64,000 nt of DNA from Oceanispirochaeta sp. (GTDB taxonomy: Bacteria; Spirochaetota; Spirochaetia; DSM-2461), in NCBI GenBank assembly GCA_963666275.2, contig CAXXOA010000002.1, forward strand, positions 480,001-544,000, in the 5' to 3' direction. The position numbers and the translations under genes were made by a program. The number at the start of each line of letters is the position of its first letter. Positions within the stretch are counted from its first letter, which is position 1. The notes below the pieces were generated by a model. It was not told the DNA's origin. It saw only the letters and a program-made list of their open reading frames with translations, and did no database searches. Below, in pieces: positions 47,281-57,841 of the stretch.

Positions 47281-49077
47281 TTATGTCTGTCCGTTGTCTG
47301 CCGTGGTTTCCTCGGCAGCGACGCTGTCAACCTCGCCCTCTCCGGTCTCTTCCTGACGGGGTTCTTCGGAGGCGTAGCGGATGCTTATGGTTTCTCTGTT
47401 TGTTCTCTGCCGGATTTTCACATAGAGGGTCCGGTTTACAGAGTCATAGACCCATCCGTCCGAATAGCGCTGAAACCGGGGATCGCTTTTCCATACGATG
47501 TTATGCAGAATGATTCTGTCAAAGGGATCCACCCCTCTTATTATCAGATGATGTACCTGACCTCTGGGAAAATCCACATCAATATCCAGACCGTTCTCAG
47601 ACTGCCTCACTCTGTAGGATTCCGCCGCAGTAAAGAGCCAGCTGTCCCTTCCGGTAGCCTCTGAAATATCATGGAAACGGGGAGTAAACTCTTCCTGGGG
47701 ATAGAGTTTCAGAACCGTTGCCGGCCGTATATAGCCGTTGTTCTGGGAGGGCCTTTCTCTGGAAAAGGATATTTCTGCCGGGAGAAATCCATTTTCATCA
47801 CTTCTGCCAAGCAGTGTCAGCATGAGTTCCCGGCCTATCTGGATAAGGTCTTCATTCTCTGCTGCTTCGCCGGCTTCCTGAATGAGACTTGCCGCCAGGA
47901 GATTCAGCTTCACATCACATACAGGGTTCTCGGGATGAAAGAAAAAGAGACCTTCTTCAAGCCATACAATCAGAGGGTAGAGGTTCTCTTCGATCCATGC
48001 TTCGATATCATGGTCCTCCCCATCGTTCAGCATGCTCTGAAGAAGGAGAATTTCTCTGTTGGGAGATCCTTCAGGGTTTCCTTCCAGTGAAAATGCGGTG
48101 ATACGGTTCATCAGATCATTCGTATTCTGCCTGAGAATAGGAGCCCCTTTATTCACAATGTCTCCGGTAAAGGGGGCCGAGTACCAGGTCAGACTGGAGC
48201 TGTTCCGGTCTCTGCTGCCTAAAAGATCCTGCAGGAGCACAGAATAGTCATCCCTTCTGAGAGTTTCGCTCATAAAAGAGACATAGGAGTATTCATTGAA
48301 TTCCCTGGTTTCATCGGGCAGGGAGAACTGACCGGTAGTGAAGTCGAATCGGGATTTCATTCCCTCATAGACGAGGCTTCTGAATTCTGTCAGCTGATCC
48401 TCATAGTCTCCCTGGGTTATATCTGTTTTGTCTGCCAGCCACTCCCTGACACTTCTGCCCAGGCCGGGTGCTTCATCTTCAAGCATTAGAACTGCAGACG
48501 TTCTGTCATTCATACGGATGGACAAAATATTTTTTGATTCATCAAGGATGAAATCCTGGTCCATGTTGAGAAAGAAGGAACTTGTTCCATCCGAAAGAAT
48601 GAGCTGATCTTCTCCCTCTCTGTTCAGCTGAAAAGGAGAGATGATTTCTGTATGAAGCTGAATCTCCGAAACAGGCGGTCTGGTCTGGGGAACGAAGATT
48701 TCAATGGAGCTGTTGCTGCTCACAGGATCGGTGGTCAGAGTCAGAACCGTATCGTATTTGAACTGAAGTCTGAGGGAGTTATTATCCCGGCTCATTTCCT
48801 GAATCTGAAGATCTCTTTTTATCCCGTCAGCAGTGATAATCGAAAGAGGTTTCCTTCCTGAAAACTGGAGACCCAGGCCATTGCTGTCCAGGTTGAGTTT
48901 TGTGATTCTGGGAGGTCTGATACCCCTTCCCCGGGTGACTGTGCCGCTGTAGAAGGCATTTTTCATCTCTCTTGAAAAATGGTCAAACTGGGAAAAATGG
49001 AAAAAAAGAAAAGCAAGAATAAGAAGGACATAGACTACAGCTGTGACAAATAATCGGGGACTTTTTTTTCTTTCCAT
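47281..49077 (-). CDS. Hypothetical membrane-anchored periplasmic protein
   Basis: Single N-terminal TM, long soluble domain, acidic tail; ATG 49077 preferred because ATG 49089 lies in the -10 box. Confidence 0.8.
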   Translation of the reverse strand: MERKKSPRLFVTAVVYVLLILAFLFFHFSQFDHFSREMKNAFYSGTVTRGRGIRPPRITKLNLDSNGLGLQFSGRKPLSIITADGIKRDLQIQEMSRDNNSLRLQFKYDTVLTLTTDPVSSNSSIEIFVPQTRPPVSEIQLHTEIISPFQLNREGEDQLILSDGTSSFFLNMDQDFILDESKNILSIRMNDRTSAVLMLEDEAPGLGRSVREWLADKTDITQGDYEDQLTEFRSLVYEGMKSRFDFTTGQFSLPDETREFNEYSYVSFMSETLRRDDYSVLLQDLLGSRDRNSSSLTWYSAPFTGDIVNKGAPILRQNTNDLMNRITAFSLEGNPEGSPNREILLLQSMLNDGEDHDIEAWIEENLYPLIVWLEEGLFFFHPENPVCDVKLNLLAASLIQEAGEAAENEDLIQIGRELMLTLLGRSDENGFLPAEISFSRERPSQNNGYIRPATVLKLYPQEEFTPRFHDISEATGRDSWLFTAAESYRVRQSENGLDIDVDFPRGQVHHLIIRGVDPFDRIILHNIVWKSDPRFQRYSDGWVYDSVNRTLYVKIRQRTNRETISIRYASEEPRQEETGEGEVDSVAAEETTADNGQT

Positions 49078-49179
49078 AATGGAGAGCATAGTATCAGCAG
49101 GATTCTAAAAAAGCAACCTTGTCCAAACAGGGATCCATAGGTATATTTATCACACTGGCCCCATCCAAGGAGACATTAG

Positions 49180-50601
49180 ATGCTGAACTCTATCAGATGC
49201 CTGAAACTGACAGGATTTTCCATTCTGTTCTTTCTTTTTATACTCACCGGTTGTGCTACCGCTCCGGAAAAACCTTCCGGGGAAGTCACTCTTCCTGCTG
49301 AAAAAACAGAAGAGACTCCTCCGGTGGAAACTCCAGAGGAAGAAGCGGATCTCCTTGAAAAGCTGGAAGCCGTGGCATCCCCTGAAAATACGGGAGAAGC
49401 CCTGGCTGTTTTTGAAGAGTCCTCCGATGAGCTCAGCATTGAGGAGAAAATCGTGATGGCCTCCCTTCAGGTCGCAGAAGGACTATTTCCGGATGCGGAG
49501 GCAACCCTTGATGAGGTTCTGGCGGAAGAGCCCGAAAACACAGAAGCTCTCTATGTCTATGCACTTTTATATGATGCCCGGGAAGAAGAGCCTCTCAGGG
49601 ATGATACCCTGAAAAAAACCCTGGCGCTGGATCCGGGTCATATTGATGCCAATCTGTTTCAGGGAATGGTCCGTCTGGGCCGCAGAGACTACAGGAATGC
49701 GGGAGCCAATTTTTCCCTGGTCCTCCAGGAGGAACCGGAAAATTTCCTTGCCCTGTCCGGAGCGGCCACGGCCCAGATGAATCAGGATAATCTGGAATCG
49801 GCGGTTTCACTGCTGGACCGGGCGATAGAGCTGGAACCTGACTTTGCCTATCTCTATATTGACAGGGCCAGAGCCTGGAAAGGGCTTAAAAAATACGGTA
49901 AGTCCGAGGATGACATTACAAGGGCGATAGAACTGGAACCGGATGTGGAATGGCACTACCTTGACCGGGCACGGATAAGGATCCAGTACTTCTACAATCT
50001 GGAGGGAGCCTATGAAGATCTTTCCAAACTCCTTTCCATCAATCCTGAGAATTTCTTCGGCAATGTTTATATGGCGGGGATTCTGGACGACTGGAAGAGG
50101 TACGACGAAGCGGAAGCGGCCTATCTTAAAGTCCTGAAAGCCAGGCCCTCCTACGGTTTTGCTCATGAACCACTGGCAAAGATTGCCTATATGAACGAAC
50201 GGTATGAAGATGCGGCAGAGCATTTTATAAGAGCCTATGATTTTGAGCCCAGGGAGTTTTGCTATATACTGTCCGCAGCGGTCTGTATGGAAAAATATGG
50301 GGACAGATCGTCGGCTCAGAGCCTTCTGAAAGAGGTCGCACCGCGGGTACAGCGGGAAACGGTTATGTATGAGATGTTCCGCTATTACCTCTCTCCCGGA
50401 TCAGATTTCTTTATCTCCGATAAAATTCAGAAAGAAGAGGATAAAGAGGTTCAGAGCAGGATGTATTTCTATCTGGGAGCCCGGTATGATCTGGCGGGCT
50501 TACGGAACTCCGCTCTGGCCGCCTACGGCAATGTGAACGAGAAAAGTGATTTTTATGAGTCCGATCTGGCCGGGTGGGAATTGAACCGGGCAGAAAATTA
50601 A
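49180..50601 (+). CDS. TPR-repeat lipoprotein
   Basis: Lipobox LTGC, Glu/Pro-rich linker, multiple TPRs (AIELEP...); SD AAGGAG; promoter TTGTCC-17-TATATT upstream. Confidence 0.88.
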   Translation: MLNSIRCLKLTGFSILFFLFILTGCATAPEKPSGEVTLPAEKTEETPPVETPEEEADLLEKLEAVASPENTGEALAVFEESSDELSIEEKIVMASLQVAEGLFPDAEATLDEVLAEEPENTEALYVYALLYDAREEEPLRDDTLKKTLALDPGHIDANLFQGMVRLGRRDYRNAGANFSLVLQEEPENFLALSGAATAQMNQDNLESAVSLLDRAIELEPDFAYLYIDRARAWKGLKKYGKSEDDITRAIELEPDVEWHYLDRARIRIQYFYNLEGAYEDLSKLLSINPENFFGNVYMAGILDDWKRYDEAEAAYLKVLKARPSYGFAHEPLAKIAYMNERYEDAAEHFIRAYDFEPREFCYILSAAVCMEKYGDRSSAQSLLKEVAPRVQRETVMYEMFRYYLSPGSDFFISDKIQKEEDKEVQSRMYFYLGARYDLAGLRNSALAAYGNVNEKSDFYESDLAGWELNRAEN

Positions 50602-50641
50602 GGACATCAAGTTGAACAATTCGGCAGTACAGGAAAAAACT

Positions 50642-51835
50642 ATGACCATCGTCAATGAAAGTGATACGGTTACCCGTATAACCCTGGAGGACAGGGAGAT
50701 TATTCTGATGGGAACCGCTCATGTTTCCCATGAAAGTGTTGAGCAGGTTGCCCAGGCTATCCGTGAGGAGAGTCCGGACAGAATCTGTGTGGAAATCGAT
50801 GCCGGCCGGTATCAGTCTCTTTCAAAGAAAGAAAACTGGCAGCAGATGAATCTGAACAAAGTATTCAGGGAGAAAAAGGGGTTTCTGCTCCTGGCCAACC
50901 TGGTTCTTACGTCCTTTCAGCGGAAGGTCGGTATGGGGACCGGAATTAAACCCGGTGAAGAGATGAAACGGGCCATTGAGGTTGCCCGGGAACTGGATAT
51001 ACCTTTCTCTTTCAGTGACCGTCCTGTTCAGATTACCCTTCAGAGAGCCTGGGGAAAGAGCAATTTCTGGAATAAAATGAAACTGCTGGCCTCGCTTATC
51101 AGTTCTGTTTTTTCCAATGAAGAAGTGGATGCCGAAGAGATCGAGTCTCTGAAACAGAAAGGGGCCTTGGAGGATATGATGGGTGAGCTTGCGTCCTATC
51201 TGCCCTCTGTAAAATCAGTTCTGATTGACGAACGGGATCAGTATCTGGCTACCAATATCTACAAGTCTCCGGGCAGCAAGGTTCTTGCTGTGGTCGGCGC
51301 AGGCCATATGGCGGGAATGGTCAAATGGATTCAGGCCCTTTCGGAAGGGAAAGCCTCGGATGATCTGAGAGAGATCTCCCAGCTGCCCCCTCGGAAAACC
51401 TCTTCCAAAATTCTCCCCTGGGTGATCCCGGCAATCATCCTCTGTATTGTTGTGACAGGTTTCCTGACTTCGGGCAGGGAAGTGGGAGTCCGGATGCTCC
51501 TGATCTGGATTCTCTCAAACGGAACTCTGGCTGCCATTGGAGCCCTGATCGCTCTGGGTCACCCTCTGACCATTATCGGTTCCTTTCTGGCTGCCCCTAT
51601 CACCAGTATGAATCCGACGATCGGAGTGGGTATGGTTTCAGGTATTATGGAGTACTTCCTGAGAAAACCCAGGGTTCATGATATGGAAAAGCTTCAGGAT
51701 GATGTAACCACATTGAAGGGCTGGTACAGAAACAGGATCTCCCGGATCCTGCTTGTTTTCTTTTTCTCCTCTCTGGGAAGTTCCATCGGAACCTTCTACG
51801 CCCTTCCGAGGATCTCTCTTTTACTGGGCAGCTGA
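50642..51835 (+). CDS. TraB/GumN (pheromone-shutdown) family protein with C-terminal TMs
   Basis: GTAHVS..S, CVEID..R, PGEEM, DRP..ITL.R, LIDERD, VVGAGH. Confidence 0.9.
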   Translation: MTIVNESDTVTRITLEDREIILMGTAHVSHESVEQVAQAIREESPDRICVEIDAGRYQSLSKKENWQQMNLNKVFREKKGFLLLANLVLTSFQRKVGMGTGIKPGEEMKRAIEVARELDIPFSFSDRPVQITLQRAWGKSNFWNKMKLLASLISSVFSNEEVDAEEIESLKQKGALEDMMGELASYLPSVKSVLIDERDQYLATNIYKSPGSKVLAVVGAGHMAGMVKWIQALSEGKASDDLREISQLPPRKTSSKILPWVIPAIILCIVVTGFLTSGREVGVRMLLIWILSNGTLAAIGALIALGHPLTIIGSFLAAPITSMNPTIGVGMVSGIMEYFLRKPRVHDMEKLQDDVTTLKGWYRNRISRILLVFFFSSLGSSIGTFYALPRISLLLGS

Positions 51836-53212
51836 GTTACGGTCCTTTCGGGAAGCGAAGACTTTCCGAATGCTTTCTGAAATATCCTGCACCAGAAGGG
51901 GTTCTGACTTTGTCCACTCTTTGCTGTCCGCGGCTGTGCCGGGCAGCAGAATCCTTTTGAAACCCATCTCTTCAGCGGCTTTCAAGCGCCTTTTCAGCTG
52001 AGGAACCGGCCGGATCTCTCCGGTAAGGCTCATCTCTCCCATGGCTATCAGATCCGCCGGGAGAGCGATTCCTGTTCTGGCAGAGTAGATAGCCAGTGCC
52101 AGGGGCAGCTCCATACCGATTTCGGCAATCTTCATTCCCCCTGCGACATTGATATAGATATCCTGATCGGAAAAACGCAGGTTGGCATGTTTCTCCATAA
52201 TCGCAGCGAGACGGGAAATCCTGCCCGGTTCTATCCTGTCGGAAAATATCCGGGAAACCGCGCCTTTCGCCTCTACAGTGAGGGCCTGAATTTCCACAAG
52301 CAGTACACGGGAGCCTTCAAAGACAGGGGCTACCGCTATTCCCGGAGGAAGAGTTCCTTCCCTGTTTTCAAGGAAGAGACCTTCGGGATTGCTTATCTGC
52401 AGGAGCCCATTGGCTTCCATTCTGAAAATGCCGATTTCATCGACCGAACCGAACCTGTTCTTTGTAGACCGCAGAATTCTCAGATCATTGCCCGAGTGGT
52501 CAAAGTAGAGAACCGTATCGACCATATGTTCAATAACTTTCGGGCCCGCAATGGCTCCTTCCTTGGTGACATGAGCGACAAGAAAAAGGACCGCGCCGCT
52601 CTCTCTGGCCCAGTTGATCAGCTCGAAACAGCCGAATTTCAGCTGGTTGACTGTACCTGGAACAAGACCCTGAGTCGGCGAATGGAGCGTCTGTATAGAA
52701 TCGATAATGACAAGTCCGGGCTTTCTGTCGGAAAGGACTTTCAGGATCTCCTCTACTCTGGATTCACAGAAGATAACCAGATTTTCGTTATTCACACCCA
52801 GACGATCCGCCCGGATTTTCAGCTGTCCCTGGGACTCTTCACCCGATACATAGAGAACTTCTGAATCTTTGCTGGCGGACTCGGCGATCTGAAGCATCAT
52901 GGTGGATTTTCCAATCCCGGGTTCCCCTCCCAGCAGGATCGATGAGCCGGCGACAAGACCGCCTCCCAGCACCTGGTCGGCTTCGTGGATACCGCAGGAT
53001 CTGCGGACATCCGGATCGGGTTTGAGTTCTTTTACAGATACAGGCTTTGAAGGCTGTCTTACCTGTCCGGCAGGTGATACAGATTCTGTCTGTACTTTCT
53101 GTTCCCTGAAGGTATTCCACTCCCCGCAGCCGGGACAGTGACCAAGCCACTTAGGCTCTTCATGACCGCAGGATGTGCAGAAAAATACAGTTTTGTTTTT
53201 GGATTTAGCCAT
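51821..53212 (-). CDS. radA: DNA repair protein RadA/Sms
   Basis: C4 zinc finger, GGEPGIGKST, YVSGEES, IDSIQT, KNRFG. Confidence 0.97.
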   Translation of the reverse strand: MAKSKNKTVFFCTSCGHEEPKWLGHCPGCGEWNTFREQKVQTESVSPAGQVRQPSKPVSVKELKPDPDVRRSCGIHEADQVLGGGLVAGSSILLGGEPGIGKSTMMLQIAESASKDSEVLYVSGEESQGQLKIRADRLGVNNENLVIFCESRVEEILKVLSDRKPGLVIIDSIQTLHSPTQGLVPGTVNQLKFGCFELINWARESGAVLFLVAHVTKEGAIAGPKVIEHMVDTVLYFDHSGNDLRILRSTKNRFGSVDEIGIFRMEANGLLQISNPEGLFLENREGTLPPGIAVAPVFEGSRVLLVEIQALTVEAKGAVSRIFSDRIEPGRISRLAAIMEKHANLRFSDQDIYINVAGGMKIAEIGMELPLALAIYSARTGIALPADLIAMGEMSLTGEIRPVPQLKRRLKAAEEMGFKRILLPGTAADSKEWTKSEPLLVQDISESIRKVFASRKDRNSAAQ

Positions 53213-53220
53213 GGAGCTGA

Positions 53221-54219
53221 CTACTGAAAATCAATCAGTTCAATATCAAAGATCAGCCAGGAATCGGGAGGGATGGGGCCGTATCCTCTCTCTCCATAGG
53301 CCAGTTCGGGGGGGAGGACTACAGTCCTCTGTTCTCCCGGCTGCATACTCAGTGCGGTTTCAACCCAGCCGGGGATAACGCCGTCTTCGCCCAGAGTAAA
53401 CGAGAAGGGTTCTCCCCGCATATAGGAGTTGTCGAACTCCTGGCCTGTGACAAGTTTCCCTGAATAGTGCATCTGAACAGTATTCCCGGGACGGGGCTTG
53501 GCTCCCGAACCTTTTCTGAAGACTTTGTAATAGATTCCTGTTTCACTCACCTGAAGGTCTTCTCCCAGCTGGTCCAGAATGGCCGCAACACGGGGATTCT
53601 CTTCGGCGAAGAGCTGACGGTTTTTCTCTCTGGCCGCAGAGATCAGAGAGGCCACCGCCTCTTCATCGGGTCTGAAACTCTGGGCATCTGATCCGATTCG
53701 CATGATTTCGATAGAAAGATCATCATCCTGTTTTATCTTGGGAAGGATCTCTGCTCCCCTGATAAGCTTACCGAACACTGTGTATTTTGAATCAAGAAAA
53801 CTGTCTCCCTGAATCAGGATAAGAAATCGGCTTCCACTATCTTCGTTTTTCCGGGATTCCATCATCAGGGCGCCCGGTTCGGAGGAGCTGAAACTGCCGG
53901 TCTGCTCCCGGGGAAAGGTGTATTCCTCACCTCCCTGTCCGGATACAGGGGATGCCCCTGAAAACAGGGCATACCCTTTGACAACCCGGGAGAATGAGAG
54001 ATTATCATTCAAGGCGGATTCCGCATTCCCTTCTGCCTGAGCAACAAAGTTTGATACCGTCAGAGGAAGGTTCCGGTAATCCAGCTGATAGATCAGATCT
54101 CCCCGGGGGGTGGACAGGCGGGCATATATCCCCTCTGTCAGATCAGAGCTTTCTTCCCCTGTCAGAAAAAACGGGCTGATCAGCAAGGCAATAAGGATAG
54201 GCAGGATTCGTTTCTTCAT
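53221..54219 (-). CDS. Exported cyclophilin-FKBP fusion PPIase; cyclophilin domain degenerate
   Basis: Signal peptide; PLTVSNF..AEG, YTVFG; FKBP HYSG....FDNS, VIPGW, PPELAYG. Confidence 0.85.
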   Translation of the reverse strand: MKKRILPILIALLISPFFLTGEESSDLTEGIYARLSTPRGDLIYQLDYRNLPLTVSNFVAQAEGNAESALNDNLSFSRVVKGYALFSGASPVSGQGGEEYTFPREQTGSFSSSEPGALMMESRKNEDSGSRFLILIQGDSFLDSKYTVFGKLIRGAEILPKIKQDDDLSIEIMRIGSDAQSFRPDEEAVASLISAAREKNRQLFAEENPRVAAILDQLGEDLQVSETGIYYKVFRKGSGAKPRPGNTVQMHYSGKLVTGQEFDNSYMRGEPFSFTLGEDGVIPGWVETALSMQPGEQRTVVLPPELAYGERGYGPIPPDSWLIFDIELIDFQ

Positions 54220-54247
54220 AATAATCTCCTTTTTCTGCAGGCTATAT

Positions 54248-55279
54248 TTAGAAATCCAGAAGTTCCACTTCAAAAACAAGCCAGGCATTGGGAGGAATGA
54301 CTCCACCGGCTCCGCGGCTTCCGTATGCCAGTTCGGGAGGAAGGATAATGGTCCGTTTTTCCCCTTTTTTCATATCCAGGAGGGTTTCATCCCAGCCCCG
54401 GATAACCTGTCCCACACCAGCCTGCAGTTCAAAGGGAGTTCCTCTCTGAACAGAGCTGTCAAATACTTTCCCGTCCAGGAACATTCCTGTGTAATGCGCG
54501 GTCACAGTCGTTCCGGCGGCAGGTTTATCTCCGCTGCCCTCTTTTTCAATAATGTAGCGGATTCCCGATTCGGAAACTTCTGCACCGGGCCATTTGGCAT
54601 TGATCTCTTCCAGAACAGCCTTATTGGCTTCTTCCATCTTTTTCCGTTCCAGCTCGGCAATGTCTTTCTGATATTTATCAAAAGCCGCCTGATCATTCTG
54701 GAAGGCTTCCGCTTCGGATCCTACACGGATGATCTCCAGCTTCTCGATAAGGTCGTTCTGTTTGATCGCATCCACAACATTCTGACCTTCTACAACATGA
54801 CCGAAAATGGTGTGTTTTCCCTGGAGCCAGGGGGTTTCCACATGGGTTATGAAAAACTGGCTGCCGTTGGTCCCGGGACCGGCGTTGGCCATGGCCAGGA
54901 TTCCGGGGCCGTCAAACTGGAGGGAACTGTCGATCTCGTCTCCGAAATTGTAGCCGGGACCGCCTGTTCCGTTGCCCAGAGGATCTCCTCCCTGGATCAT
55001 GAAATTGTCGATCACCCTGTGGAATTTCAGACCGTCATAGTAGGGGCCGTCTTTCATGGATGTTTCCATTTTGCCTTCCGCCAGGCCTGTGAAGTTGATA
55101 ACAGTCAGAGGGGTCTTTTTGTATTCCAGTTCGACAAGAATGTCGCCTCTGTTTGTATTGAAAAGGGCGTAAAGTCCGTCCCCCAGTTTGGATCTGTCTA
55201 TGGCATTTGAACTCATAATAACTGATACGAGCAGCATTCCTGTTAAGAAGAATCTTTTCCGGTTGAATAGCCGACTCAT
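54248..55279 (-). CDS. Exported cyclophilin-FKBP fusion PPIase
   Basis: [63 protein letters not shown] before ATG 55279. Confidence 0.93.
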   Translation of the reverse strand: MSRLFNRKRFFLTGMLLVSVIMSSNAIDRSKLGDGLYALFNTNRGDILVELEYKKTPLTVINFTGLAEGKMETSMKDGPYYDGLKFHRVIDNFMIQGGDPLGNGTGGPGYNFGDEIDSSLQFDGPGILAMANAGPGTNGSQFFITHVETPWLQGKHTIFGHVVEGQNVVDAIKQNDLIEKLEIIRVGSEAEAFQNDQAAFDKYQKDIAELERKKMEEANKAVLEEINAKWPGAEVSESGIRYIIEKEGSGDKPAAGTTVTAHYTGMFLDGKVFDSSVQRGTPFELQAGVGQVIRGWDETLLDMKKGEKRTIILPPELAYGSRGAGGVIPPNAWLVFEVELLDF

Positions 55280-55531
55280 ATTTCCTCCTGATAATTGTAT
55301 TGTCTGTAAAGGTAAACAGCCCCGTCCGGATTCTGTTACAGATGGGCAGGATGTTTTCAAAGAGCATAACACTATTGGGAGGCATGAATCAATTCTATTG
55401 AAGAGAGGATTCAATAGGGAATAGGGTTTAATAATTCCCACCCAGATTGTAAATACTCGGGTTTCTGCTGTCGTAACTGATCAAAGCTTTTGATCCATCC
55501 GGGGATAAACAGAAATTGAGGGGATCTCTTT

Positions 55532-57049
55532 CTACTTCAGGGAATAAACTGTAAGATCAGAGAAACGGGTCCCCAATATCGCTGTGGAACCATCAGAAGA
55601 GAGTTCTGCCAAAGACGGTTCGAAGTTCATTTCTCCTGTCAGCGGGATCTTTGCCTTTTGGGTCCAGTTTGAGCTGCTTCCTGTGTAGATATAAGCCAGA
55701 TCTTCTTTATTTGAGCCCACAATAGCGGTAGAACCATCTGAAGAGAGGCTGACCGAGAGGCCGTAGCCCTTTGCCGTCTCTGGGAGTTTTACAGTCTCGG
55801 TACAGTCTGACCATGAGGAGGGGGAGTAAAGATAGGCTCCGCCGTTCCTGGACGCCGTACTGTCGCCTTTTCCGACAAGAGCCGTAGATCCGTCCGCAGA
55901 AAGGCTGACAGAGTAACCGAATCCGTCAAAGGGCGAACCATCAGAGGCCGTGAGTTTTGCTGTTTCTGTACAGTCTGTCCAGAGAGAGGAGGTAAATATA
56001 TAGGCTTTCCCCCGTCCGTCTTCGAGATGTCCCGTTCCGATTAAAGCTGTCTGCCCATCGGCAGACAGGCTGACAGAAAACCCCAAGCCATCATCTGGTG
56101 CCCTATCAAAAGCTGTCAATTCTGCGGTTTCCGTGCAGTCTGACCAGGAGGAGGACTGGAAAATATAAGCCGCTCCTCTATTACTGTTAATAGATAGGGC
56201 CCCGACAAGAGCGGTTTTTCCATCCCCGGAAAGACTGACCGCGCAGCCCAGTTCTGCATCCGTTTCCCGGTCAGTGGTTGTCAGCTTTGCCGCCTGAACC
56301 CAGGTGGCGCCTGATCTTGTAAAAATATAGGCCGCGCCCGCCCTATCGACGTCATAGGTCTCATTGATAGAATCATCACCCATAGCTCCGATCAGAGCTG
56401 TATTTCCGTCTGCCGAAATACTCACTGAACATCCGAATCTATCCTTTGTAAACCCATCAGAGGGTAGCAGTTTTGCATTCTGTTCCCAGCCCGTGGAGGT
56501 TTTCGTATAGATATACGCTGCCCCGGCGTAAGAGCCGTTTCCACTGTCTCTGCTGTCTCCGATTAAAGCCGTTGTGCCGTCAGCAGAGAGACTGATTGAA
56601 TCACCGGAAACTGAAAGGTCCTCTCTGTAATGGATGGAAACAGATACCGAATCAGAATCGGTTGTTTTGCCGTCATTCACACTGAGAGTAAATGTGTAAT
56701 CTCCTTCCGCCAGATCTGGAGTGATTGTAAAGCTGGCAGCCCTAGTGTTGCTGTCGGTCAGATCTACTGATGTGGGATTTGCGGCAGAAGGTTCCCAGGT
56801 ATATGTTGCCGAAGTATCTTCATCACTGATGGAACCGGAAAGAGTTATTGTCTGCCCCAGAGCTGTCCCGATCTGATTTTCACCGGCAGAACAGGTTAGG
56901 GTCGTTTCTTCATCTGATTTTTCCAGATCCGAGAGAAGCTCTCCCATGGGGCTTCCGCATCCGGCTGATAGGATCAGGATGATGCCGGAGAAAAAAGTTA
57001 AAGCCGCGAATTTACTTAAAGTCCATGATGAGTATCTATATGAGTTCAT
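55532..57049 (-). CDS. Lipoprotein with Ig/PKD-like domain and FG-GAP-like beta-propeller repeats
   Basis: Lipobox LSAGC; AGENQ..TITLSGS..Y.W..FTLSVNDG; repeats (F/L)G.SVSLS.DG.TAL.G...GAAYIF. Confidence 0.85.
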   Translation of the reverse strand: MNSYRYSSWTLSKFAALTFFSGIILILSAGCGSPMGELLSDLEKSDEETTLTCSAGENQIGTALGQTITLSGSISDEDTSATYTWEPSAANPTSVDLTDSNTRAASFTITPDLAEGDYTFTLSVNDGKTTDSDSVSVSIHYREDLSVSGDSISLSADGTTALIGDSRDSGNGSYAGAAYIYTKTSTGWEQNAKLLPSDGFTKDRFGCSVSISADGNTALIGAMGDDSINETYDVDRAGAAYIFTRSGATWVQAAKLTTTDRETDAELGCAVSLSGDGKTALVGALSINSNRGAAYIFQSSSWSDCTETAELTAFDRAPDDGLGFSVSLSADGQTALIGTGHLEDGRGKAYIFTSSLWTDCTETAKLTASDGSPFDGFGYSVSLSADGSTALVGKGDSTASRNGGAYLYSPSSWSDCTETVKLPETAKGYGLSVSLSSDGSTAIVGSNKEDLAYIYTGSSSNWTQKAKIPLTGEMNFEPSLAELSSDGSTAILGTRFSDLTVYSLK

Positions 57050-57053
57050 TGTA

Positions 57054-57626
57054 TCAATCCTTTGTCTGGTTATTCAGAGAGACCAGTTGGTATTTCACAC
57101 CGAGAGAGAGGGTCGGGCACTGATAGCTGTCATCCGATTCAAAGAGAAAAATGTAACCGGGAGTGCAGGATAGACTGAACTTCCCGCTTAATTGAAAGTC
57201 CAGGGAGCAGCCGGCACTCAATACGCCCTGAAGGCCTTCGCTCCGGCCGGATTCGGAGTTATTAATCCAAAGGTAGCTGATACCCCCTCCCAGGAAGGGA
57301 ATAAGGGCAAATCGTTCAGTAACAGGCAAGCGCCACCCCGCTTCTATCAGCGGCATGAACATTGTCATGCTTTTAAGCTGATCTTCTTCCGGAATAAATG
57401 TAAAAAAACCGACTGTAAATCCCAGTCCCAGACCTGTTCCGGCAATTCCGGAGTATTCACATCCTATATTTCCTCCCAGACCCAGGGGAGCGACATCGGC
57501 AAAATCTCCGGTCATAAAGAGACCCGCCGTTTCGGCTGTGATATTTACCTCCTCTGCTGAAAGGGCAGAGAAAAAAATGAGCCATATTAAAGGGGCTGCA
57601 ATAAGAAGCTTGTTCAGGTTTATCAA
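57054..57626 (-). CDS. Probable small outer-membrane beta-barrel protein
   Basis: SD GGAGGA + TTG start, signal peptide, PFLGGG.SY, LSLGVKYQ. Confidence 0.7.
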   Translation of the reverse strand: MINLNKLLIAAPLIWLIFFSALSAEEVNITAETAGLFMTGDFADVAPLGLGGNIGCEYSGIAGTGLGLGFTVGFFTFIPEEDQLKSMTMFMPLIEAGWRLPVTERFALIPFLGGGISYLWINNSESGRSEGLQGVLSAGCSLDFQLSGKFSLSCTPGYIFLFESDDSYQCPTLSLGVKYQLVSLNNQTKD

Positions 57627-57841
57627 AGATCTGGTCCTCCGGATGATGAAATCAATAGTTTATAAATGAACAATACATTATTTTCAAAAGTGTGCATACA
57701 CTTCTTATTGGTGGAGGCTCTAAAATCTTAATATGCCGTTTGTGGATGTTTATTTAAATCTGATCTCGTTCTAACACAAATCAGTCAGCAAGCTATGTTG
57801 AAACCGGGAAAATCAAATGATCCCTCTGATCTCTCTCTTTC

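Noticed and set aside
55280..55530. Possible ncRNA in the PPIase upstream region
   Set aside because: Only short hairpins (CTATTGAA..TTCAATAG); no known family motif recognisable.
55518..57826. GAGGGATC / GATCCCTC inverted 8-mers flanking the lipoprotein cassette as mobile-element ends
   Set aside because: Only 8 bp, no transposase or target duplication; consistent with chance.
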